From Selaginella moellendorffii (Eukaryota; Plantae; Lycopodiophyta), in assembly GCF_000143415.4 (NCBI RefSeq), contig NW_003314364.1:428676-492675 (forward strand): a DNA stretch of 64,000 nucleotides, given 5' to 3'. The notes beneath the pieces were generated by a model. It saw nothing but the letters and a program-made list of their open reading frames with translations, ran no database searches and was not told the origin of the DNA. The translations under genes were made by a program, and so were the position numbers. Positions within the stretch are counted from its first letter, which is position 1; every line of letters starts with the position of its first letter. Positions 12,393 to 24,012 of this stretch are shown piece after piece.

Positions 12393-14239
12393 TGTAAGTG
12401 ACTAAATTTTCCATTCTACTTTAGTCACTTAACCACACCTCCGACCACTTGGAGGAGTCTCAATCACAACCTCCATAAGTCCATTTCAGGACTTGGGACT
12501 TGCTAGCCCTGAGAATGGCATCCATGCCACTCAACATTTGCACTTGGTCCAAGTGCCCCACGTGTCTGATCCCATGACCGACACTCAAAAGTACCACCGA
12601 CATGGCAGCCTGTTACGCTAAGGCCATGCCCAATCACCTTTGCCACACTGGTAGTCCAATACCACTTGTATCACAGTCTTGGCTCTCCAAGACTAGGCAA
12701 ACCATCCGTGAGTGGTCATCTCAGATCCACTCCTTAGCATCCTTAGGATGCCCACCGACAAGGGGAATAACCTTCCCCAATATCCCTCTGTCAGTCCCCA
12801 TTAAGTCCCTTTCTGCCCCTGGCCGTGTTTGCCAACACTGCCACTGGATCGAGGCCCACAAGCCCGACCACTAAGTCCCACGGTCCTCTAGGACTTCCTC
12901 ACCACACGATTGTGTCCTTGGTCACTACCCCAGAGGACTGTTCCTCTTCCTTTCCATAGTCTGGGCCTTTGGGACAACATTTCGGAACACCGTGGCCTTA
13001 CGCGAGCCACCTGGGTACTCTCCCTGCCTTTTGCCCTTGGGTGCTCTAGCCATGGGCTTAGAGCGAGGTTCCGTTGAGCCACACCTGGTATCCAAGTAGG
13101 TAGTGCCACCCACACTTGGACTGGGAGCATCGGACAGTTGATCTCTCGGGGGAACTAGAGCCGGCTCTTGAACACTTCACCAAGCTACCCCGCTTGTCAG
13201 TCCGTGTTCACTCTAGTCTTGGACTTCCCAATGGTCAGCTCATCACCCAACACTGGGTCTGGCCTTCCTGGGCCAAACTAGCCTTTCCTGGCCAAACTGG
13301 CTCCACTGGGCTCCAACCCCCACACTCTCCCTACTATACTTTTGGAACCCCCGCAGCCCCCCCCCCCCCCCTTGGGGGACGATCGCTTTGGGCTTTCACC
13401 CAACTGCCTGTATTAGTATTCGGACTCGGGCTCGAACTCGGAGTCGGACTCAGTCTCGGTCCCGGTTTCAGACTCGGACTCGGTCTCGGTCTCGGTCTCG
13501 GCCTCGGTCTCGGCCTCGGTCTCGGTTCCATCTCGGACTCCATCTTGGACTCCATCTTGGGTCCATCTCGGACTCCATCTTGGGTCCATCTCGGACTCCA
13601 TCTCGGACTCCATATCGGACTCCATCTCGGGTCCATCTCGGACTCCATCTCGGACTCCACTTCGGGTCCATCTCAGACTCCATCTCGGACTCCACTTCGG
13701 GTCCATCTCAGACTCCATCTCGGACTCCATATCGGACTCCATCTCGGGTCCATCTCGGACTCCATCTCGGACTCCATATCGGACTCTATATCGGAGTCCA
13801 CTTCGGGTCCATCTCGGACTCCACCTTGGGTCCATCTCGGACTCCACTTCGGACTCGATATCGGACTCCATATCGGACTCCACTTCGGGTCCATCTCGGA
13901 CTCCACTTCGGACTCCATATCGGACTCCACTTTGGGTCCATCCCGGACTCCACTTTGGGTCCATCTCGGACTCCAACTCGGGTCCGCCTCGGACTCTATC
14001 TCGGACACTTCCACGTGTCATGTGTTGGTCCTTTTTGGGTCTCTTTTTGGAGCCTTGCTTATTGGTTGCCTCGTGCTTGCTCCTCGAGCACTTTGTTGGG
14101 AGTTCCACTCCCACTCTCGACCTTCCAAGTCGGAGCTTTTAGTCCAAACGTGTTATGCTCGTTTGGCTTTCGCTTTGGCCACTACCACGTGGCACCCTTT
14201 CCGGCTCCACTTTGGGGCCTAGGGATTTTGAGTCTCACA
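12393..14239 (-). mobile_element. Family A solo LTR, inverted, nested in another LTR
   Basis: TGTAAGTGAC...AGTCTCACA; near-TSD GTACT/GTACC. Confidence 0.92.
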
Positions 14240-14865
14240 GTACCCAGGTGGCTCGCGTAAGGCCACGGTGTTCCGAAATGTTGTCCCAAAGGCCCAGACT
14301 GTGGAAAGGAAGAGGAGCAGTCCTTTGGGGTAGTGACCAAGGACATAGTCGTATGGTGAGGAAGTCCCAGAGGACCGTGGGACTTAGTGGTCGAGCCTGT
14401 GGGCGTTGATCCAGTGGCAGTGTTGGCAAACACGGCCAAGGGCAGAAAGGGACTTAGTGGGGACTGATAGAGGGATATTGGGGAAGGCTATTCCCCATGT
14501 CAGTGGGCATCCTAAGGATGCTAAGGAGTGGATCCGAGATGACCTCTCATGGATGGTTTGCCTAGTCTTGGAGAGCCAAGACTGTGATACAAGTGGTATT
14601 GGACTACTAGTGTGGCAAAGGTGATTGGGCATGGCTTTAGCGTAACAGGCTGCCATGTCGGTGGTACTCTTGAGTGTCGGTCATGGGATCGGACACGTGG
14701 AGCACTTGGACCAAGTGCAAATGTAGAGTGGCATGGATGCCATTCTCGGGGCTAGCAAGTCCCAAGTCCTGAAATGGACTTATGGAGGTTGTGATTGAGA
14801 CTCCTCCAAGTGGTCGGAGGTGTGGTTAAGTGACTAAAGTAGAATGGAAAATTTAGTCGCTTACA

Positions 14866-15210
14866 TGATCATATTGGGTGTACCAGGAAAGGGTTTGGCA
14901 TCATGGCGAAGGATGGGGCTAACGGAGGCAATCCTAAAAAGGATTTTGGTTCTAGGAGTCTTAGTAGATGTCATTTTCAGCCAGTTAATCGATTGACTTC
15001 GAGTGGGTTATCCCTTTGCTATCTCTTGTATGGGCACTATGGCGAAAAAGGGTTTCTTCATGAATGGCTTCTCCAACATCCTTGGCAAAATTCATAAACA
15101 TAAGGCCAAGAAAGAAGAAGATCGGGGCCACCACACTAATGGATGAGGAGCTAGAGCGAGTTTCTGATCCAGATTAGGTGCATGACCAAGAAGGGGAAAG
15201 GGAAGAGCAA
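14866..15210 (+). mobile_element. Probable continuation of the family B internal region (5' leader or decayed gag start)
   Basis: Resumes after the TSD of the 11142-14865 LTR; unrelated to family A; contains a short ORF at 14903-15097. Confidence 0.45.
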
Positions 15211-17424
15211 TGTGAGTGACTAAATTTTTCCATTCTACTTTAGTCACTTAACCACACCTCCGACCACTTAGAGGAGTCTTATTTACAACCTCCATAAGTC
15301 CCACTCAGGACTTGGGGCTTGCTAACCCCGAGAATGGCATCCATGCCACTCAACCTTTGCACTTGGTCCTAATGCTCCACGTGTCTGGTCCCATGACCGA
15401 CACCCCAAGGCATCACCAATATACTAGCCCGTTACACTAGGCCATGCCCAATCACCTTGGTCACATCGGTGGTCCAACACCACCTGCATTGCAATCCCGT
15501 CTCTCCAAGACTGGGCCATCCATCCATGAGTGGTCATCTCTTTAGCATCCTTAGAATGCTTGCAGACATGGGGAATAGCCTTCCCCAATATCTCCTTTCT
15601 GATCCCCACCAAGTCCCTTTCTGTCCTTGGCCGTGTTTGCCAACACTGCCACTGGATCAGGGCCTACAGGCCTAACCACTAAGTCCCATGGTCCTCTGGG
15701 ACTTCCTCACCGTACGACTGTATCCTTGGTCACTACACCAAAGGACTACTCCTCTTCCTTTCCACAGTCTGGGCCTTTGGGACAACATTTCGGAACACCA
15801 TGGCCTTATGCAAGCCTTGTAGGTACTCTCCCCGCCTTCCGCCTTTGGGTGCTCTAGCCATGGGCTTAGAGCGAGGTTCCGTTGAGCCACACCAGGTATC
15901 CAAATAGGTAGTGCCACCCACACTTGGACTGGGAGCATCGACCAATCGATCTCCTGGGGGAACTAGAGCCAGCTCTTAAACACTTCACCAAACTACCCCG
16001 CTTGTCGGTCCGTATTCACTCTAGTCTTGGACTTCCCAGTGGTCAGTTCATCACCCAACACTGGGTTTGGCCTTCCTGGGCCAAACTGGCTCCACTGCAG
16101 TCCTCCCCCTCACTATACTTTTGGAGCTCACCAAAAGTATAGTGAGGTCTGGGAGACGAACGCTTTGGGCTTTCACCCTCTCAGACTTGAACTCAGACTC
16201 AGACTCGAACTCGGACTCGGACTCGGACTTAGACTCGGACTCGAACTCGGCCTCGGCCTCGGCCTCGGCCTCGGTCTCGGTCTCGGTCCCGGTCTTGGTC
16301 CCAGTCTCAGTCTCGACCTCGGACTCCATCTCGGGTCCTTCTCAGACTCCATCTTGGTTTCCATCTCAGGTCCATATCGGACTCCGTCTCGGTCCATCTC
16401 AGACTCCAACTCGGGTCCATCTCGGACTCCATCTCGGACTCCATCTTGGGTCCGTCTCGGACTCAATCTCGGATTCATCTCAGGTCCATCTTGGGTCCAC
16501 CTCGGACTCCACCTCGGACTCCATCTCGGACTCCATCTCGGGTCCATCTCAGACTCTACCTCGGGTCCATCTTGGACTCCATCTCGGTCCATCTCGGACT
16601 CCATCTCGGACTCCACCTCGAACTCCAACTCGGGTCCATCTCGGACTCCATCTCGGACACTTCCACGTGTCATGTGTTGGTCCTTTTGGGTCCCTTTTTG
16701 GAGCCTCGCTTATTGCTCGCTTCGTGCTCGTTCCTTGAGCACTCCGTTGGGAGTTCCACTCCCGCTCTCAACCTTTCAAGTCAGAGCCTTTTATTCCAAA
16801 CGTGTTACGCTTGTTTGGTTTTTGCTTCGGCCACTACCACGTGGCACCCTTTCGGCTCCACCTTGGGGCTTAGGGATTTGTGTCTCACAACTCCACCACC
16901 CATAGACGAAGTTCGATGTCCTCATCGAACAGTAAACCCTTTTATAAAGTAACACCCGCAGGTATTACCATTTCCATCCTTGGCACCCAGCCAATATTTG
17001 TCTATGGTTTGACCCCGAAAACTCACCATACCTTGTCCATCCTCTAAGGGGCATAGTCTCTTCAACATAGAGACTCATTCAGCCACCTGGGGTGGTTTGC
17101 TCCCTTTTATTGGTTCAGTTCTCGCTAAACCCGTTAGAGACATCATCTCTAACTCAATTCCACTACTCATTCTCGAGTAGTCTCAGATTCCATTGACATA
17201 ACCTTTGCACTTTGGAACATTTACTTTTGACTTCTTGAAGTCAATTTCCTAGGTGTTTTCGACACCTTGCATTGCACATATTGTGCGAGTTCACTTCCCT
17301 ATCCTAGGAAATCCTCTACTTGAGGGCACCATCCTCCTCTTTTCTATTTTATGCCACCCTTGGCACTACGTTCCAATTATCATCATTTGTGCTAGGGTTG
17401 TCCACAGCCCTATCCTTTGGCTAC

Positions 17425-18088
17425 TGTGAGACACAAAATCCCTAGGCCCCAAAGTAGAGCCGGAAAGGGCGCCACGTGGTAGTGGCCGAAGCGAGAGCCA
17501 AACGAGCGTAACACGTTTGGACCAAAAGCTCCGACTTGAAAAAGTCAAGAGCGGGAGTGGAACTCCCAACGAAGTGCTCGAGGAATGAGCACGAAGCGAG
17601 CCATAGGCGAGGCTCCAAAAAGGGACCCAAAAGGACCAACACATGACACGTGGAAGTGTCCGAGATGGACCCGATATGGAGCCCGAGATGGAGTCCGAGG
17701 TGGAGTCCGAGGTGGACCAGAGATGGACCCAAAAATGGAGTCCGAGATGGAGTCCGAGATGGACCCGATATGGAGTCCAAGGTGGAGTCCGAGGTGGAGT
17801 CCGAGATGGAGTCCGAGATGGACCTGAGATGGAGTCCGAGGTGGACCCGAGATGGAGTCCGAGGTGGAGTCCGAGGTGGACCCGAGTTGGAGTCCGAGAT
17901 GGACCGAGATGGAGTCCGAGATGGACCCGAGATGGAGTCCGAGATGGACCCGAGATGGAGTCCAAGATGGACCCGAGATGGAGTCCGAGATGGAGTCCGA
18001 GATGGACCCGAGATGGAGTCCGAGATGGACCTGAGATGGAGTCCGAGATGGAGTCCGAGATGGAGTCCGAAGTCGAGACCGAGACCGG

Positions 18089-18120
<32 letters not shown>

Positions 18121-19211
18121 TCGGGACCGAGACCGAGACCGAGGCCGAGACCGAGGCCGAGTCCGAATCCGAGTCCGAGTCCGAGTCCGAGTCCGAGTCC
18201 GAGTCCGGAGCCTGAGAGGGTGAAAGCCCAAAGCGTTCGTCTCCCAGACCCTGGGGGGTTTGGTGAGCTCCAAAAGTATAGTAGGGGGAGGACTGTGGTG
18301 GAGCCAGTTTGGCCAGGAAAGGCCAGTTTGGCCCAGGAAGGCTGGACCCAGTGTTGGGTGATGAGCTGCCCACTGGGAAGTCCAAGACTAGAGTGAACAT
18401 GGACCGACAAGCGGGGTAGCTTGGTGAAGTGTTCAAGAGCCGGCTCTAGTTCCCTCAGGAGATCGATTGGCCGATGCTCCCAGTCCAAGTGTGGGTGGCA
18501 CTACCTACTTGGATACCTGTCGTGGCTCAATGGAACCTCGCTCTAAGCCCATGGCTAGAGCACCTAAAGGCGAAAGGTGGGGAGAGTACCCAGGTGGCTC
18601 ACGTAAGGCCACGGTGTTCCGAAATGTTGTCCCAAAGGCCCAGATTGTGGAAAGGAAGAGGAGCAGTCCTCTGGGGTAGCGACCAGGGACACAATCGTGT
18701 GGTGAGGAAGTCCCAGAGGACCGTGGGACTTAGCGGTCGGGCCTGTGGGTCTCGATCCAGTGGCAGTGTTGGCAAACACAGCCATGGGTAGAAAGGGACT
18801 TAGTGGGGACTGACAGAGGGATATTGGGGAAGGCTATTCCCCTTGTCGGTGGGCATCCTACGGATGCTAAGGAGTGGATCTGAGATGACCACTCACGGAT
18901 GGTTTGCCTAGTCTTGGAGAGCCAAGACGGTGATGCAAGTGGTATTGGACTACCAATGTGGCAAAGGTGATTGGGCATGGCCTTAGCGTAACGGGCTGCT
19001 ATGTCGGTGGTACCTTTGAGTGTCGGTCATGGGATCAGACACGTGGAGCACTTGGACCAAGTGCAAATGTTGAGTGGCATGGATGCCATTCGTGGGGCTA
19101 GCAAGTCCCAAGTCCTGGATTGGACTTATGGAGGTTGTGAATGAGACTCCTCCAAGTGGTCAGAGATGTGATTAAGTGACTAAAGTAGAATGGAAAATTT
19201 AGTCGCTTACA
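17425..19211 (+). mobile_element. Family A solo LTR (1787 bp)
   Basis: TGTGAGACAC...GCTTACA; near-TSD GCTAC/GCCAC. Confidence 0.93.
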
Positions 19212-21189
19212 GCCACTTTGCCGCTCCTCACTTGGAGCTTTTACTTTGCCAAATTGGAGCACTTGGGATTCTAACCTTGGAAGTCCACTTCCTTTCCCGT
19301 AATCCGTTAGCATCAAACACATTAGTGTTCCTTGGCTAACCTCGCCATTTGGATTCCTCCCATTAAATTCTATGGCCCAAACTTGGCCACTAGTTTTTTG
19401 CTCCTATCCATTGATTGTTGCATCAAGTAACAAAGGATCACTACCTCCCTCCTTGAGGTATTCTTTTGGGTTCCATGGCAAAGCTCCACTTCGCCAAGTC
19501 TAGAGGGTGCTCACCCCTAGTAGGTCTCTTTAACAACTTCTGCTATGGGCCCGTTCCATAGCCCAACATTGTGACCCTCCCATAGGTCCTATTACTTTCT
19601 TGAACTCACAATACCATTGTATTGTCGTAGTTCATTTCTCTTAGGTGTCCTTCCCACTTGGTCACCTTGACCAAGCCACACCATTATCAATAGTTCAAAT
19701 CAACGCTTTGAACTAGGAACTTTGTTCCTTAACCTCAAAAGAACCTCATCCTTGTTTAGCCATACGATCACCTAGTGATCTAATTTTGACACCTTAACAG
19801 GTTTGCCAATAGGTACTAGGTCTCCTAGACCTTTAACTTGTTGACCATGACCCCGGGGGCATCCCCCACACTTGGCGGTGTGCCCAAGCCAGCCCTTTCG
19901 GCCAAGGGTCCATAACAATTGAGACTGGGTGTCCCCATCTCATTCACCACGTCCTTGGTGCCACTCGCACCAAAGTGTTCAAATTAGATATGCTGAGCCA
20001 CACTAAGCAATCTAACCGTGTATCACGACTCCGGAGCATCCCCCGTTTGGCGGTGTGCCCAAGCCAGTCTCCTCACTGAGATTCTATGACCACCGAAATA
20101 TGAGTGTCCTCATATTCCAAACCATCACCACACCCTAGTGATTTGGGACTCGAACCCAAGCACTAGAGGGTTGGGACTCGAACCCAACCTCCGTATATGC
20201 ATCTACGGATGGCATCGCACAAGATGCCTGGCATGACTCCCCACGCCAGTGCACCAACATGTACTTAAAGCGCGCTATAGATCACAGTTTAGGAACCTAA
20301 TTCCTCCACATTGCTAAGTCCTCTCGCTTGACATGTCTGTGATCATGCATAGACTCCTCCATGCTTGGCCCCATGGCCCACCCTTTTTTAAGTCATCACC
20401 TTCACCTAGGGTATTTGTTCCCCTGACTTGCCAATCTCGCTTGGCAAGTCCTCTGACCACTGTAACATGGTTCCTGCATAAGTGTGAAAGTCCTTGAACA
20501 TCGATTTTCATTCAAAGCCTTCTCTTTGAACACTCGGGAACTACTTCCCTAACCTTGATAGCCTTGCCTCATAGCAAGCTTCAAGACCACGCTTCTGCTG
20601 CGCCACTCTAATTTTGCACGTTCCATGAACCATTTACAGTTGGCCTTTTTAGGTACTAAGTTACCTAGAATCGTCTTTGGGAACCTTGAAGGAACTCTAT
20701 CCCTTAGCTTGCTAAGGCCTCCCTTTTCGCAAGCTTTATAGTTGCCATATAGTCTAACATGGACAATTCCATATTTTAGACTCTCCATGGCATCACGGTT
20801 GCTAGCAACAACATCCTCGAGCACCCTCTTGATTCTCCATTTCCAACTTGCATAACCACCGTTGGATATGCTCTTTGATTTCTATGGTTCAGTTCTATCC
20901 CAATACTACTTGCCTTTTGGCCCCATATGTTTCCTTTGGTTATTCTCCTCCAGACTGTGAGACACAAAATCCCTAGGCCCCAAAGTGGAGCCGGAAAGGG
21001 TGCCACGTGGTAGTGGCTGAAGCGAGAGCCAAACGAGCGTAACACGTTTGGACCAAAAGCTCCGACTTGAAAAGTCAAGAGCGGGAGTGGAACTCCCAAC
21101 GAAGTGCTCGAGGAACGAGCACGAAGCGAGCAAAAAGCGAGGCTCCAAAAAGGGACCCAAAAGGACCAACACATGACACGTGGAAGTGT

Positions 21190-21730
21190 CCGAGATGGAC
21201 TCGAGTTGGAGTCCGAAGTGGAGTCCGAGATGGACTCGAGTTGGAGTCCAAAGTGGAGTCCGAGATGGACCCGAGTTGGAGTCCAAAGTGGAGTCCGAGA
21301 TGGACCCGAGTTGAAGTCCGAAGTGGAGTCCGAGATGGACCCGAGTTGGAGTCCGAAGTGGAGTCCGAGATGGACCCGAGATGGAGTCCGAGAAGGAGTC
21401 CGAAGTGGAGTCCGAGGTGGACCCGAGATGGACCCGAGTTGGAGTCCGAAGTGGAGTCCGAGATGGACCCGAGATGGAGTCCGAGATGGAGTCCGAGATG
21501 GACCCGAGATGGACCCGAGATGGAGTCCGGGATGGAGTCCGAGATGGAGTCCGAGATGGAGTCCAAGATGGAGTCGAGACCGAGACCGGGACCGAGACCG
21601 AGACCGAGACTGAGACCGAGATCGGGACCGAGACCGAGACCGAGGCCGAGGCCGAGACCGAGCCCGAGCCCGAGCCCGAGTCCGAGTCCGAGTCCGAGTC
21701 CGAGTCCGAGTCCGAGTCCGAGTCCGAGTC
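21190..21730 (+). repeat. LTR-internal minisatellite: 12/11-bp units CCGAGATGGAGT / CCGAGATGGAC grading into hexamers CCGAGA, CCGAGG, CCGAGC, CCGAGT
   Basis: Directly visible; present with variable length in every family A LTR covering this region (e.g. 4590-4725, 9610-10000, 11375-11995, 13420-14005, 16185-16655, 17660-18205, 27068-27602, 30545-30880). Confidence 0.95.
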
Positions 21731-22739
21731 TGGAGCCTGAGAGGGTGAAAGCCCAAAGCGTTCGTCTCCCAGACCCTGGGGGGTTTGGTGAGCTCCAAAA
21801 GTATAGTAGGGGGAGGACTGCAGTGGAGCCAGTTTGGCCAGGAAAGGCCAGTTTGGCCCAGGAAGGCCGGACCCAGTGTTGGGTGATGAGCTGCCCACTG
21901 GGAAGTCCAAGACTAGAGTGAACACAGACCGACAAGCGGGGTAGCTTGGTGAAGTGTTCAAGAGCCGGCTCTAGTTCCCCCGGGAGATCGACTGGCCGAT
22001 GCTCCCAGTCCAAGTGTGGGTGGCACTACCTACTTGGATACCAGGCGTGGCTCAACGGAACCTCGCTCTAAGCCCATGGCTAGAGCACCTAAAGGCGAAA
22101 GGTGGGGAGAGTACCCAGGTGGCTCGCGTAAGGCCACGGTGTTCCGAAATGGTGTCCCAAAGTCCCAGACTGTGGAAAGGAAGAGGGGTAGCCCTCTGGT
22201 GGGGTGACTAAGGACACAGTCACACAGTGAGGAAGTCCTCGAGGATAGTGGGACTTAGTGGTCGAGCCAGTGGGCCTTGACCCAGTGGCAGTGTTGGCGA
22301 ACACAGCCAAGGACAGAAAGGGACTTGGTGGGGACCGGAACAGAGATATTGGGGAAGGCTATTCCCCATGTCTGTAGGCATCCTAAGGATGTTAAGGAGT
22401 GGATCTGGGATGATCCCTCATGGACGAATGACCTAGTCTTTGAGAGACGGGATTGGAATGCAGGTGGTGTTGGACCACCAGTGTGACCAAGGTAATTGGG
22501 CATGGCCTTAGCGTAACGGGCCGATACGTCGGTGGTACCTTGGGGTGTCGATCATGGGATCGGACACGTGGAGCACTTGGACCAAGTGCTAAGGTTGAGT
22601 GGCATGGATGCCATTCTCGGGGCTAGCAAGCCCCAAGTCCTGAGTTGGACTTATGGAGGTTGTGAATGAGACTCCTCCAAGTGGACGGAGGTGTGGTTAA
22701 GTGACTAAAGTAGAATGGAAAAATTAGTCGCTTACAACT

Positions 22740-22751
22740 TGGTATCGGAGC
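22740..22751 (+). other. Primer-binding site (tRNA-iMet type)
   Basis: TGGTATCGGAGC, 3 nt after the 5' LTR. Confidence 0.9.
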
Positions 22752-24012
22752 TGTTCCTTAGTCCGACTTTTATTGGTGCTCAAGTATATCACCACTAGTG
22801 TTGGCATCGGAAGGTCCGAGGAGTGGGCCTATCCTTGAGGAGTAGCAAGTCGGGAAGACATAGCTCTCCATTACAGTTCATGTGTGAACTTGTAGACGAG
22901 GTGGTGGATAGAAAAGGGCCAATAATGGAACGACTTTGGGATCTTGGGAACAGTATATGGTTTTCCTCAAAGAGTTGAGGATGTGATCCAGATGAGCGTT
23001 TGACTTAGCAAACTGGCTAATGTAGTTGTGGTAAACAACTACAGTTGGGATCACGGGAAAGATAAAGACTCCAAAACAATAAAGGAGTCACAAGATTATC
23101 CTCATATAGTTGAGGTTGGTGCTCATGAATGTGAGACCAGAAGTAATGACCGTGGGAGGTCAAATACGGAAGAGGACTCAAGTCCTTGAAATGGTAGCCG
23201 GGGCTACCTTTAATAAATGCTGGAACAACCCAAGGAGTTGGGGGGTGTACTTAGAGATGAGTTGGTATTCTCATCACATGGACAAGTAGTCCTAAGGGGC
23301 AAAGGTTGCCCCCAGAGAACAAAAGCAAGTGTTAGAGTAACACTTGTGAAAATAGTCCTTTTGAGTAGGACAGGAATGCAAGAAGTGTATTCCAGTGAGC
23401 TAGTGCCTCACAAGTAGGACCTTATGGGTCTGTGGGTTAACCAAGTCCAAAACTGCTAGACGACTCAACTAGAGTCAAGAAATGGTCCTAAAAGGACTGA
23501 TGGAAGCATTTGGACTGAGGTGTGTTGTACCCCACAAAGGATGGGGGGGGGATCATAGGATCCAAGGATGAGAACAGAGGGTATCTCATCGATGGCAAAA
23601 TGTGCCATGCTAAAGTCGTGGGAAAGGTGTTCCCAAAAAGAAAACAACTTTGACACAAAGTTGTGTGTGACCTCTATGGTGCAGTGCTAACAGATGGTTG
23701 GCATGAGAAAGAGTGGTATTGGTCTTGGCAAAGACTTAGACACAAAGAAGAAGTGTCATAGAGGTAGGCTCGTTAAGCCGATGGTGTGGAGACACCAAAT
23801 GTGCCAAGGTATGATACCTTGAGGCTATGTTGGTGGGTTCATGAGAACCACTTGCCAAAGAAATCCCAATAGAAATGGGAATGGCATAGCCTAAGCTGTA
23901 GAGCATGCAGTTGGAGTGTGGTGACCCAGATAATGATGGAGGTGTGGAAGCACCAGCAATGAGTTGTAGGACTTGACAACTACAAGGCAACTAAGCAAGA
24001 GGTGCAAAATAA

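Larger units (their letters stand above)
11142..14865 (+). mobile_element. Family A solo LTR, split by a nested inverted LTR
   Basis: TGTGAGACAC...GCTTACA; near-TSD TGATT/TGATC; the sequence is continuous across 12392 to 14245. Confidence 0.9.

Noticed and set aside
21780-21910. Hammerhead ribozyme / retrozyme core in the LTR (GTGATGAG)
   Set aside because: No CTGANGA plus GAAA core with the required helices seen by eye; an Infernal or RNAMotif scan would be decisive.
22800-23140. Antisense env-like hydrophobic ORF in the internal domain
   Set aside because: Interrupted by a stop and not maintained as a long frame across copies.
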